A stretch of DNA of 64,000 nt from Syntrophaceae bacterium (GCA_039680665.1 JBDKSM010000138.1:18135-82134), one strand, 5' to 3'. Shown: positions 29,156-38,461, numbered from the stretch's first letter. Made by a program: numbers and translations. Notes: generated by a model from the letters alone, not told the origin.

Positions 29156-30211
29156 TTAGTCCGCCAGGGCCTTGATGAGTTTGTATTGCTTGAGATCCGT
29201 GAAGAGTTCGCCCGTGTAAGGATTGCGCTTGGTCTTGGCGATCTTGTAGATCATGTAGCCGAATACGGCCACGTTCGAGAGCAGTGCCAGCAGGCTTACC
29301 ACAAACAATGCCGTCGTATCAGGCGTGGCCGAGACCACGGGATATAAACCCTCTTTGGTTAATGCCATGCCTTTTGCCGCTGCCGCAATCTGTGCGCTGG
29401 CAACCGATTGCACCGCAAAGGACCCCTTGTCGATAAATAAGGGGAAGGTCTGGGCGAACATACACCAAAGGGCCAGCGTCTGGGCGCGGTGTTGCAGCCA
29501 GGCGCCCTTGCCGACGGTGAAGGCGCAGATCGTGGGCGCGATCAATAGCGCCAGGCCACAGTACCAGGAGTGACCAGGCAGACAGTTGTAGGTGTAGGCA
29601 AAGTTCCAGAGATCATAGGCAATGATCCAGAACCAGAGCATATCCGGCCAGAGCATGTCCATGCTTGTGTCTTTGGCGGTCTTTTTACGGACACAGATCC
29701 CGAACCAGCCCGTGATCGTGATGATGTTCAGGATGCCGGCGATGCCATTCATATAGTTCCATGAGCCGCCGATGTAGTATTGCATCTGATTGTGCAGGAA
29801 CTCAATGGTGGGAACTTGGTAGATTGCACCGACCTCAAAGTCGCGCATAACCGCTTCCATGATGTTGATGGCCAGGATCAGCGGCGGGAAGCACAACGCC
29901 CATTTCATTTGGCTTAAGCGCCACTCGGTACCGTCTTTGCGTTTGCCGCGCAGGTGCCTGATGCACCAGAAACCGATGCAGCCGGCGGTCGATGAATACA
30001 CCTTGGCCACATGGAACCAGTCCATATAGGCCGTATCCTTCAAAGCCGTCAGCCATAACACCGTCAGGATGATGGGCAAAACAACAAACATGGCAAACCC
30101 TGCCCATTTGTATCTGCGCCCGACTTCATTCGATACGAACAATGCGACCAGAACCGCGAACCAAACAAGCCACACTAAAATGGAACTGACGTCCGTGCTG
30201 AAAGTAAACAT
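29156..30211 (-). CDS. Trp-rich polytopic membrane protein of unknown function
   Basis: 351 aa with about 9 TM helices. No recognisable family. Confidence 0.5.
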   Translation of the reverse strand: MFTFSTDVSSILVWLVWFAVLVALFVSNEVGRRYKWAGFAMFVVLPIILTVLWLTALKDTAYMDWFHVAKVYSSTAGCIGFWCIRHLRGKRKDGTEWRLSQMKWALCFPPLILAINIMEAVMRDFEVGAIYQVPTIEFLHNQMQYYIGGSWNYMNGIAGILNIITITGWFGICVRKKTAKDTSMDMLWPDMLWFWIIAYDLWNFAYTYNCLPGHSWYCGLALLIAPTICAFTVGKGAWLQHRAQTLALWCMFAQTFPLFIDKGSFAVQSVASAQIAAAAKGMALTKEGLYPVVSATPDTTALFVVSLLALLSNVAVFGYMIYKIAKTKRNPYTGELFTDLKQYKLIKALAD

Positions 30212-30356
30212 CTCTACACCTCCACGTTGCCGTTAATTTTTTATGAGTTGCCGGATGTCCGTAATTTTAACGGTGCCGACTGGACCATCGGTATTTCTCT
30301 TGAGTCCAAGCATTATCGCTCCCTGGTACTTTTATGAGCCTCGCTTTAAATGTCAC

Positions 30357-30366
30357 TGGTATACCA
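30357..30366. promoter_or_regulatory. candidate GntR/FadR-type operator
   Basis: Perfect 10-bp palindrome TGGTATACCA fitting the GntR consensus (GT-N-AC core), in the divergent intergenic region. A partial second copy CTGGTATATGG lies at 30468-30478. Confidence 0.55.
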
Positions 30367-30521
30367 CATACCAAAAGCCTTATCGGATAATTTAGAAAGA
30401 TGCAATAGCATAATTATGAGAATTATATTTATCTTGAAAAGTGGCCGAATGGATGTTAACAAATCATCTGGTATATGGCTGAGCCAATACGAGAAATGAT
30501 GGATGAGAAAGGACGGCTAGG

Positions 30522-31229
30522 ATGAAATTTGCAAAACTCAGCGCCCCCAGCCTGAAAGAGCTGTTCATCAGAGAGATCGAAGGCATGATCCTGTCCGGCA
30601 AGCTGCCCATCGGTTCCAAGCTTCCGACCGAGCGTGAGCTGTCCACGTCCATGGGCGTGAGCCGCGCCGTGGTGAACTCAGGGCTCATTGAAATGACCCG
30701 CAAAGGTTTTGTCGAGATGAAGCCCAGGGTGGGCGCCATCGTGGCGGATTACCGCCGTCATGGTACGACCGAAACGTTAACCTCCATCATGCATTACAAC
30801 GGCGGCGTGCTGCCCAAGGCCGACATCAAATCGCTCCTGGAATTCAGGATTGTCTTCGAGACCCTGGCGTTGGAGCTGGGCGTGCCCCGCGCCACCAAGG
30901 ATGACCTGAAAAGACTCAAATCAATCGCGGAACAGTACAGCGCCGCGGACAGCCCCGCGGCCGCGGCTCAGGCCATCTACGACTTTCACCATGAAATCAG
31001 CGTGATATCCGGCAACACCATCCTGCCGATTATCTTCTATTCCTTCAGCACATTGCAGCAGATGCTCTGGACCCGCTACTTTGAGCTCTATGGTCATGAA
31101 AAACTGCAGCAAACCACCTGGGAGCTCTACCACCTCATCGAAAAGCGCGACACCAAAGGCGCCATCGCCAATCTCACCAGCTCCATCAATGAGACCATCA
31201 GCGGCAAAGCCCCGATTTACTACGAATAG
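30522..31229 (+). CDS. GntR family transcriptional regulator (FadR/FCD C-terminal domain)
   Basis: GntR winged HTH (GSKLPTERELSTSMGVSRAVVNSGL). FCD-like helical C-terminus. Confidence 0.8.
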   Translation: MKFAKLSAPSLKELFIREIEGMILSGKLPIGSKLPTERELSTSMGVSRAVVNSGLIEMTRKGFVEMKPRVGAIVADYRRHGTTETLTSIMHYNGGVLPKADIKSLLEFRIVFETLALELGVPRATKDDLKRLKSIAEQYSAADSPAAAAQAIYDFHHEISVISGNTILPIIFYSFSTLQQMLWTRYFELYGHEKLQQTTWELYHLIEKRDTKGAIANLTSSINETISGKAPIYYE

Positions 31230-31301
31230 ATGCCTTCCTTGCCCATCCCATGAGTACAGGCTGCCTAACTTTTTCAGCGGCCTGTTCCCATGGGGTCATT
31301 G

Positions 31302-31930
31302 TCACGCAGTACCCGGTGTCCCCTCAGGCAGCGAAGGCGCTCCGGCCACGTTCGCGTTGCGCTTCAAGTCCTCATAGAAGATGGTCAGGCAGGTCTGGAA
31401 ATACGGCACGATCCAGAGAAACCCGATCCCCAGAGTCAGTATGCCCAAGAAGGTCCACCCGATGAACCGGCATCCCAGGCAGAAGAGCCTCCATTTATGC
31501 CCGCGCATGAGTTCCTTGCTTTGCGTAATAGCCGCCAACCCCTCCATGCCGGGATTGTCCGCCAGGATGAAGAAGGTCATGGCATAGCTCAAGGCCGCGA
31601 TGATGCCCGGTATGATGAGCAGCAGAGTCCAGAGCAGGGTGAAGAGCGTGCGCAGCAGATAGGCCAGGAAGGCATTGACGAAACGCCGGAAGCCCTCGAA
31701 AAGCTGGGAGAGCCGCATATCCCGCGTGCGCACAAAGCTTAAGTACACCAGACAGTAACCCAGCATCAGCGGCCCTGAGATCACGATGCCGGCCAGCCAG
31801 CCGATCACCGGGATGCAGTTCAGCAGGAAGATGATCGAGAAATACACGGCCGAAGCCAGGATCGGCAGCTTCCAGTTCCCTTCAACATCGCACGGGCCTG
31901 GCTGGTTGTCTCGGCATTCAACAAGGCCAT
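31302..31930 (-). CDS. DUF975-family membrane protein, apparent -1 frameshift near N-terminus
   Basis: ATG 31930 with GGAGGTG RBS encodes MALLNAETTSQARAMLKG. The DUF975-like continuation (NWKLPILASAVYF...) is in another frame. The frames join at a GGGAA/AAC homopolymer around 31876-31880. Confidence 0.5.
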
Positions 31931-31955
31931 GTGTCCACCTCCTTATTTTTTGAAT

Positions 31956-31986
31956 CCACTGGCAAGGCTGAAGCCTTTGCCAGTGG
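31956..31986. other. near-perfect 13-bp stem-loop between ankyrin and DUF975 genes
   Basis: CCACTGGCAAGGC-tgaa-GCCTTTGCCAGTGG. Flanked by a T-run on the plus strand. Confidence 0.5.
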
Positions 31987-32069
31987 CACACACGCATCTC
32001 ATTGTAACAGGGCCACCCGCCGTCCCGATCTCCTTCCTCTTTCTGCGACAACAAGATAGGAGAATGCCA

Positions 32070-33938
32070 TTATTGTGTTTTGTAGTTTTCCAAGAGCTTC
32101 ACCACTTTTGAATTTGATAATGCACTACTTTTTGCCATATCCAGCGGAGTTTCACCACTATTGGTCCTTAAATTCGGATTGGCCCCTTGCCTTAAAAGAA
32201 AATCAACTTTAGCTAGATTTCCGTGAAGGGCTGCATATGCCAAGGCTGTGTGACCAGATTCGTCTTGGGCATTGATTTCAGCTCCTCTTTCAAGCAACAT
32301 TTTTAAGCATTCGAGATCATGGCTCCGAGCTGTTGCTTGTATCAATATTGTCGAACCCTGGGGTGTTCTGGCATTGGGATCCGCCCCATTATCTAAGAAG
32401 AGCCGAATACCATTACAGTTCAAGTACCCCTGGGCGACACCTAAAGCTAATGCTGTATAGCCTTCTTTGTCCTTTGCGTTGATTGCAGAACCTCTTTCCA
32501 AGAGCAGACCTATAACTTCGTTTAATCCTTTTAAGGACGCCCACATTAATGCTGTCCGACCATTTGCTGACTTTGCATTGATGACTGCTCCATTATCTAG
32601 CAATAACCTGACCTTTCCAACTGTGCGAGTTTGTTCTGAGGTGTAAGAGTAAGGTGGCAGTACCATCAACACCGTCAGTCCATCTTTGTCCTTCACATTT
32701 GGATCGGCCCCTCTTTTAAGCAACAAACTGACGATTTCTTGTTTGCCCTGTTCGACAGCAGCTATAAGTGCCGTTCTGCCATCTCTGTTGGTTGTATGAA
32801 TGTTTGCACCCCTGTCCAATAGCAAGTTTACATTTTCGGCATTCTCTGATCTTGAAGCAATCATCAATGGAGTTATTCCATTCTTTCCTGATGCATTGAC
32901 ATCGGCTCCCTTGTCCAGCAACAGCTTAATGCTGTCGGCTCGTCCACTGGCTGCAAATATCAATGCAGTCGCACCATCATTTTGTTTTGCGTTGACATTG
33001 GCCCCCTTTTCCAGCAGTAGCCTGACAACTTCGGGGCCGTCAGGCCTGCCAGCCGTAACTGCATAATTCAAGGCATTCCATTCATTCTGGTCCTTTGTAT
33101 TGACATCTGCTCCTTTGTCCAGCAACAGCCTAATCAGGTCGGTTGATCCCCCAGTAATCGCAAACATCAACGCAGTCGAACCGTCTTCCCGCATTGCATT
33201 GACATATGCACCTTTTTCAAGCAGCAAACGTACGATGCTGACATTACCCCATAAGGTGGCAGAAATTAGCGCAGTCTCCCCATCCTTTGGTGTTACATTG
33301 ACTTTGGCATTATGGTTTAGAAGTAATCGTATTAAATCTTCCTTATTCTGTCTCACGGCAATCATCAATGCCGTTCGGCCTTTTGCATCTTGTGCATTAA
33401 CATCAGCACCTCGGCTGATCATCTTGGCAATTTGTTTTGGCTCCGCATCTTTTTCGATTGCGTAGACAAGAGGGGGCTTTCTTTCTTTCGCTATGTTTTC
33501 AACAAACTTCCCAGTATCAGTATTGAAAAACATAGTCGTCTTTTCGCTTGGACAGCACAAGGCATCGCTACTCTTGTACTCCAGCAGTTCGACTACCAGT
33601 TTTTGTCCGGCAAATTTCTTCACCGAACCATATCGAAGGTCGATACTGTCGCTGAATATCCATTTCCCGGACCGTTTAATAAATAAGGCAGCAGAGCAAT
33701 GCACATTCGCTGGGTTACTTGCTCCCTCATTGGCCCCACCCGGCAAATTCTCATCTTCGCAATAATATTCCACCCGCTGTGTTGCGTCAGCGTTGCAAAA
33801 AGCCTTCCGTTCGATAATCAGTTTGTTGTTTTTGAAGTATTCCGCAATAGACTTTGGTACTGATTGGCCGCCAGAATGGGCTAATGTCGATTGGGCAAAA
33901 ATAGCAAACAGTAACACGCTTGGAATGAATATTTTCAC
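32070..33938 (-). CDS. secreted ankyrin-repeat protein (about 13 ANK repeats) with a unique N-terminal Cys-containing domain
   Basis: Signal peptide (MKIFIPSVLLFAIFAQSTLA). Repeated (GxTALmxAaxxGhxxxVxxLLxxGAdvN) units. Gene is visibly more AT-rich than its flanks. Confidence 0.85.
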   Translation of the reverse strand: MKIFIPSVLLFAIFAQSTLAHSGGQSVPKSIAEYFKNNKLIIERKAFCNADATQRVEYYCEDENLPGGANEGASNPANVHCSAALFIKRSGKWIFSDSIDLRYGSVKKFAGQKLVVELLEYKSSDALCCPSEKTTMFFNTDTGKFVENIAKERKPPLVYAIEKDAEPKQIAKMISRGADVNAQDAKGRTALMIAVRQNKEDLIRLLLNHNAKVNVTPKDGETALISATLWGNVSIVRLLLEKGAYVNAMREDGSTALMFAITGGSTDLIRLLLDKGADVNTKDQNEWNALNYAVTAGRPDGPEVVRLLLEKGANVNAKQNDGATALIFAASGRADSIKLLLDKGADVNASGKNGITPLMIASRSENAENVNLLLDRGANIHTTNRDGRTALIAAVEQGKQEIVSLLLKRGADPNVKDKDGLTVLMVLPPYSYTSEQTRTVGKVRLLLDNGAVINAKSANGRTALMWASLKGLNEVIGLLLERGSAINAKDKEGYTALALGVAQGYLNCNGIRLFLDNGADPNARTPQGSTILIQATARSHDLECLKMLLERGAEINAQDESGHTALAYAALHGNLAKVDFLLRQGANPNLRTNSGETPLDMAKSSALSNSKVVKLLENYKTQ

Positions 33939-34083
33939 GTCAAACTCCGTTTTCTATTTTGGCCATCAGAATATTTTTCCTTGAACGCGCCCTGCGGGTA
34001 GCCTTGACAAGCGATAATGGAACAGGCCCTTTTCTTGGTGCCATGGGCAAAGACAACGTCTTGCCTGTGGAGAATGTGATTCT

Positions 34084-34461
34084 TTATGCCACATTCTTGA
34101 TGGTCCTGTACGGTTGAATGAGCACCTCCGCCGAGATTCCTAAGCCGGTATGAAGGCTTCTGATCATCTCCATGGTGAGCGAACGCTTTCGGTTTAGGAT
34201 TTCTGAAACACGCGTTCGGCTCCCGATGAACGGCTCCAGATCATGGCGAGAAAGCCCACGGCTTTCCATATGATACAGGATGGCTTCGATGGGATCAGGG
34301 AGCGGGACAGCATACTGTTTTTCCTCATAGGCTTCCGCAAGGGTGGTCAGAACCTCGAGGCGATCGGCTTGCTCGGTGCCGGACTTTGCGTCAAGGAGCC
34401 GTTCAATTTCTTTGAGCGCGGCCTCATAATCGGTTTCTGTCTTTATGGGTTTAATCTTCAT
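34084..34461 (-). CDS. HigA-family antitoxin-like HTH protein (no cognate toxin gene adjacent)
   Basis: Colinear similarity to HigA (N-terminal ...YEAALKEIERLLD; C-terminal HTH RTRVSEILNRKRSLTMEMIRSLHTGLGISAEVLI). Start uncertain (ATG 34461 or TTG 34512). Confidence 0.65.
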   Translation of the reverse strand: MKIKPIKTETDYEAALKEIERLLDAKSGTEQADRLEVLTTLAEAYEEKQYAVPLPDPIEAILYHMESRGLSRHDLEPFIGSRTRVSEILNRKRSLTMEMIRSLHTGLGISAEVLIQPYRTIKNVA

Positions 34462-34613
34462 TTCAATATTGCTGATAAGTATGCCCTGATCCCAAATGGG
34501 GAGCAAGTGCAAACTTCACTGTGTGCTCTTTTAGGAAACCGTGGGGTTGGGTATGAGCTTTTGCGGTTTTGCTTTAAATATGATACGCATCTCTTATAAC
34601 CGTGTAATGGAGT

Positions 34614-35168
34614 GTGCCTATGGCCAAAGCAAAACCTGCGGTACTGTCATTGGGCAAGCGCGTCAAGGAAGCGCGGTCGCGTTTAGGAATCAGTCTGGAT
34701 GAGCTGGCACAGCGGAGCGGCTACACCGCCAAGGTCATCAGCGCCATAGAGGAGGAGCAGATGGTCCCGCCCGTGGCCTTGATCCTCCAGTTGAGCCGCA
34801 TCCTCAAGCTCGACATGGAGTCCGATGATTCAGCCGGGACCACGGCTACGCGCTTGCGGGCCAGGAGCCACAAGCGGCGCGTGGACTCCTATGCCTATCA
34901 GGCCCTGACCAGGCCCAAGACGGACATGCACTTGAGGGCCTATCAGGTGACGATCGAACCCAATACGGAACATAAAGGCGTTGAGTACCATCACGAGGGC
35001 GAGGAGTTCGTCTACGTGCTCGAAGGCGAGCTTGTAATCCAGATCGGTGAAAATATGAACACCGTCAAGAAAGGCCAGAGCATCCATTTCGATTCCTCGC
35101 TGCATCACAAGCTCAATAACCCTTCATCCCAGACGGCCATGCTCCTGGTGGTCATTTACGTACCGTAA
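34614..35168 (+). CDS. XRE-family HTH + cupin domain transcriptional regulator
   Basis: N-terminal HTH (LGKRVKEARSRLGISLDELAQRSGY). C-terminal cupin motifs (HHEGEEFVYVLEG...SIHF). Confidence 0.8.
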   Translation: MPMAKAKPAVLSLGKRVKEARSRLGISLDELAQRSGYTAKVISAIEEEQMVPPVALILQLSRILKLDMESDDSAGTTATRLRARSHKRRVDSYAYQALTRPKTDMHLRAYQVTIEPNTEHKGVEYHHEGEEFVYVLEGELVIQIGENMNTVKKGQSIHFDSSLHHKLNNPSSQTAMLLVVIYVP

Positions 35169-35178
35169 AGGAAAACCC

Positions 35179-36318
35179 ATGTCTTTCCCCATTACCACGG
35201 AACAAGAAATGATCCGGCTCATGGCGCACGATTTCAGCCGCAAGGAGCTGGAGCCCTTTGCCGCTCAGTGGGACAAGAGTGAGCACTTCCCTTTGGAGGC
35301 GGTGCGGAAGATGGGAGAGCTCGGCCTGTTGGGCATGCTGGTCCCCTTCGAATACGGCGGCACCGCGGCCGGGGCGGTGAGCTATTCGCTGGCCCTGCAG
35401 GAGATCGCCTATGCCTGCGCCTCGACCGCGGTGACCATGTCCGTGACCACCCTTTCCCAGGACCCGATCCTGAAATTCGGCAGCGAGGTACAGAAGCAGA
35501 AATACCTGGCGCCTCTGGCGCGAGGGGAATACCTGGGGGCCTTTGCCATCACGGAACCGGGGGCGGGCTCCGACCCGGGCGGCATGACCATGCGGGCTGA
35601 AGCTAAGGGCGGGTATTATCTGGTCAACGGCACCAAGGTCTTCATCACCAACGGCGGCTATGCCGACGTGGTGATCCTGGTGGCCCGCACCACGCCGGAA
35701 AAGGCCAACCGGGGGCTGTCGGCCTTTATCGTCGAGAAGGGCCTGCCCGGGTTTTCCATTGGGCATAAAGAGGACAAGATGGGCTTGCGCGCCTCCAACA
35801 CCGTGGAGCTGGTGTTCGAGGACTGCCGCATCCCGGCTGAAAATATCCTGGGCCGGGAGGGTCTGGGGTTCAAGATCGCCATGCTGGCCTTGGACAGCGG
35901 GAGGATCGGGATCGCCTCACAATCCATAGGGATTGCGCGCGCCTGCCTGGATGAGGCCCTTGCCTATGCCAAGACGCGCCGGCAGTTCGGCCGCGCCATC
36001 GGCGCTTTCCAGGCCGTGCAATGGATGATCGCGGATACCGCCACCCAGATCGAGGCCGCCCGGCTTCTGACCCTGTCGGCGGCGAGCCTTAAGGACCAAG
36101 GGCTGCCATATACCAAGGAGGCCTCCATGGCCAAGCTCTTTGCCTCGGAGATGTGCAACCAGGCCGCTTACAAGGCCCTGCAGATCCATGGCGGCTACGG
36201 CTACATGAAGGAGTTCAAGATCGAGCGGCTCTACCGTGATGCACGCGTGACCGCCATCTACGAAGGCACCTCCGAGATCCAGCGGCTCGTGATCGCACGG
36301 GAAGTGAGCGGCGGCTAG
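35179..36318 (+). CDS. acyl-CoA dehydrogenase (short/branched-chain type)
   Basis: ACAD family motifs throughout (FAITEPGAGSDPGG...; C-terminal QIHGGYGY). Confidence 0.9.
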   Translation: MSFPITTEQEMIRLMAHDFSRKELEPFAAQWDKSEHFPLEAVRKMGELGLLGMLVPFEYGGTAAGAVSYSLALQEIAYACASTAVTMSVTTLSQDPILKFGSEVQKQKYLAPLARGEYLGAFAITEPGAGSDPGGMTMRAEAKGGYYLVNGTKVFITNGGYADVVILVARTTPEKANRGLSAFIVEKGLPGFSIGHKEDKMGLRASNTVELVFEDCRIPAENILGREGLGFKIAMLALDSGRIGIASQSIGIARACLDEALAYAKTRRQFGRAIGAFQAVQWMIADTATQIEAARLLTLSAASLKDQGLPYTKEASMAKLFASEMCNQAAYKALQIHGGYGYMKEFKIERLYRDARVTAIYEGTSEIQRLVIAREVSGG

Positions 36319-36411
36319 GACTTCTATATCAATACAGCGATGCGGATTTCCGTGGCAAGAACGGAAATCCGCATCATCGTGAAACAGGTTTAAGCCTTGG
36401 GCTTTTGTCTC

Positions 36412-38061
36412 TTACCAGGACGCGGCGCTGGCGATGAAGCACCCGCCTCCGGATGAGCCGCCGCCGGAATCGTCGGTCGCCGCCTGTGAGGCCCCTTTGC
36501 CCGTACCGCTTTCCGTCTCGGCATCAACCGCAGCCGCGGTCGCGACATCGGCGGCTTCTACCTTGGCCAGCCAGGCGCCCACTTTAGGAAAGACCTCAGA
36601 GGGCGTCTTCTTGCCGATTACCAGGTCGACATGGGCCGTGCCTTCGATGGTGTACCATTCATCCAGGCTATGGGGGGTCTTTTTCGATATGATATCCTGG
36701 TAGGCGTAGAGCGGGTTGACGAGCGAGCCCGAGTCGGAGAGACAGGCGATTATCGGGACCGTGACACGGTCCATGTGTTCGCTGTAGTAATAGTAACCGT
36801 CACGGCCTGGGTCCGGGGTTGGAGGTATAATCGTGCCCTGGTTCTCGATCCCGTTCATCCAGAATTCCCGTATGGTTTGGTTCAAGCCGTTGTCCATGTA
36901 ATGTGCCAGACAGCGCACGCTGCAGCCGGAGAGGACATAGCGCGCCATGAAATCCTGCATGTAGCGGTTGGTGTCCTGCATGTACCAGAAGTCCAGATAC
37001 CCGAACAGACTGTTTTCCATGCCGTTTATGAGGTAGATCTGATCCCAGGTATTGATGGCGCCGAACAGGACCTGCTCGATCGTTACCGTCACTTCGGTGG
37101 GGAAGAGCTGGAAGAGGCTCTGGGAGGCCACGTCCAGGGGCAGATAAAACCGTGAGCTCATGAGCGACCAGAAGATGTCGGTGTTCAAGTAGGACGGCAG
37201 CGGCGGCCTCCCGGCAGGGTCCAGGGCGATAAAGCCTTTGATATCGGCGTTGCGAGCGATTGCCAGGAGCGGATCGGCCTTGACGTGCGGCTGGTAGCCT
37301 TCCTCGCCCGCGGCCTTATAGAACGCGGTCTTATCCACCTGGCCGTTATAATCGAGATAGCAGCCCTGCAAGTAGGCATAGCTGACCAGGCCCCCGGTGC
37401 TGTGTCCGCCGATGTACATACGTTTGCCGGTGAGAGTTTTGACCTTGGCTATTGCCGCCGGGACATCAAGCGTGGCCCAGGTGTCCAGGGTGTTGAGCGT
37501 GCATTTATTGTCGCCTTGGCTGCGCATAGTAAGGCGGCCGGTATCGCGGTAATTGGCGAACCAGGGGTCGTAGCCCTGAAGCCAGAGGTAATGCGCCATG
37601 CTGTAGTAGCGCATCTTGTCGGCCTGGATGGAGGGCTCGAGCACCGGTTGGCCGTCCTTGTACAGCGCTTTCCCCTGGGCGTCCTTGGCAATGGCCCAGT
37701 CGGCTACCGCATCGGGCAGGTTCAGCCGGCTGTAGGAGTTCTGCATGACCTCGGGTGTACACGCAAGATACTGGTTCATGTTTTCCACGATGCCTGTGAA
37801 GAGCAGCACCGGGGTGCCCTGGTCGCGGAAGGCCGAGTTCGCATCAGGGCGATAGCGGTACAGCATGATGGTGGTGCCGTCATCGGCCGGTGTGCTGTAG
37901 ATGCCCTGAGGATCATACGGCACGCTGGAGGCCTGCGCCGTCTGCGGCATCATGGACATCCCGAGGCAGAAGGCCAGGACCAGAGTTGGAACCAAGTATA
38001 ATTTCCCGTAAACCTCCTCTTTGAGAATAAACCAAATGTTAAACAAAACGTCGCCAACCAT
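36412..38061 (-). CDS. secreted alpha/beta-hydrolase (lipase/esterase-like) paralog A with low-complexity linker and C-terminal G-x-CFI tail
   Basis: GGHSTGG nucleophile elbow. Conserved DPGRDGYYYY and TAHVDLV (His) blocks. Paralog of 56265-57758. Start uncertain (ATG 38061 with G-rich RBS, or upstream ATG 38145). Confidence 0.7.
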   Translation of the reverse strand: MVGDVLFNIWFILKEEVYGKLYLVPTLVLAFCLGMSMMPQTAQASSVPYDPQGIYSTPADDGTTIMLYRYRPDANSAFRDQGTPVLLFTGIVENMNQYLACTPEVMQNSYSRLNLPDAVADWAIAKDAQGKALYKDGQPVLEPSIQADKMRYYSMAHYLWLQGYDPWFANYRDTGRLTMRSQGDNKCTLNTLDTWATLDVPAAIAKVKTLTGKRMYIGGHSTGGLVSYAYLQGCYLDYNGQVDKTAFYKAAGEEGYQPHVKADPLLAIARNADIKGFIALDPAGRPPLPSYLNTDIFWSLMSSRFYLPLDVASQSLFQLFPTEVTVTIEQVLFGAINTWDQIYLINGMENSLFGYLDFWYMQDTNRYMQDFMARYVLSGCSVRCLAHYMDNGLNQTIREFWMNGIENQGTIIPPTPDPGRDGYYYYSEHMDRVTVPIIACLSDSGSLVNPLYAYQDIISKKTPHSLDEWYTIEGTAHVDLVIGKKTPSEVFPKVGAWLAKVEAADVATAAAVDAETESGTGKGASQAATDDSGGGSSGGGCFIASAASW

Positions 38062-38082
38062 ATGATCCCCCCTGTAAAAAAA

Positions 38083-38098
38083 GATTTGCATGCAAATC
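38083..38098. promoter_or_regulatory. 16-bp perfect palindrome upstream of lipase paralog A
   Basis: GATTTGCATGCAAATC, about 22 nt upstream of ATG 38061 on the minus strand. Confidence 0.35.
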
Positions 38099-38461
38099 GG
38101 AACAATATATGTTTTATTATTTAGCAATACCTGTACCAAGGCCAAAAACGGTGTTGCTCACCGGATCGCACGCGCTGCTGGTCAATTTAAAAACACTTGT
38201 GTAATTAACGCTAAATCATTCGAGCTTACCCATTGTGTAAATACAAATTCAAGACCGGACATGTTCTGATTTGGCTGAAAAAATGAGCCCCTCCAGAGTG
38301 GTAAAGGGATAATAATTTACCGAACGGTAATAATTTACACTGCCCTTGGCAAAAAAGTACCCTTTAAGTTTTGTAAAGTCACGGATCTGGTTATTGACTT
38401 GGAGCCCGACATGACGGCATGCTTTGTCTCTGGTACGGTACTCAATCGCACGGAGGATTGC

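Noticed and set aside
31956-31986. Stem-loop between the ankyrin and DUF975 genes as the ankyrin gene's intrinsic terminator
   Set aside because: On the minus-strand transcript the hairpin is followed by an A-rich tract, not a U-rich one. The T-run precedes it on the plus strand. It is kept only as an unexplained stem-loop, possibly a processing or protein-binding site.
34243-34599. 118-aa plus-strand ORF overlapping higA, considered as a possible HigB-like toxin
   Set aside because: It has no RelE/HigB-like motifs or RBS and fully overlaps the better-supported minus-strand HigA frame.
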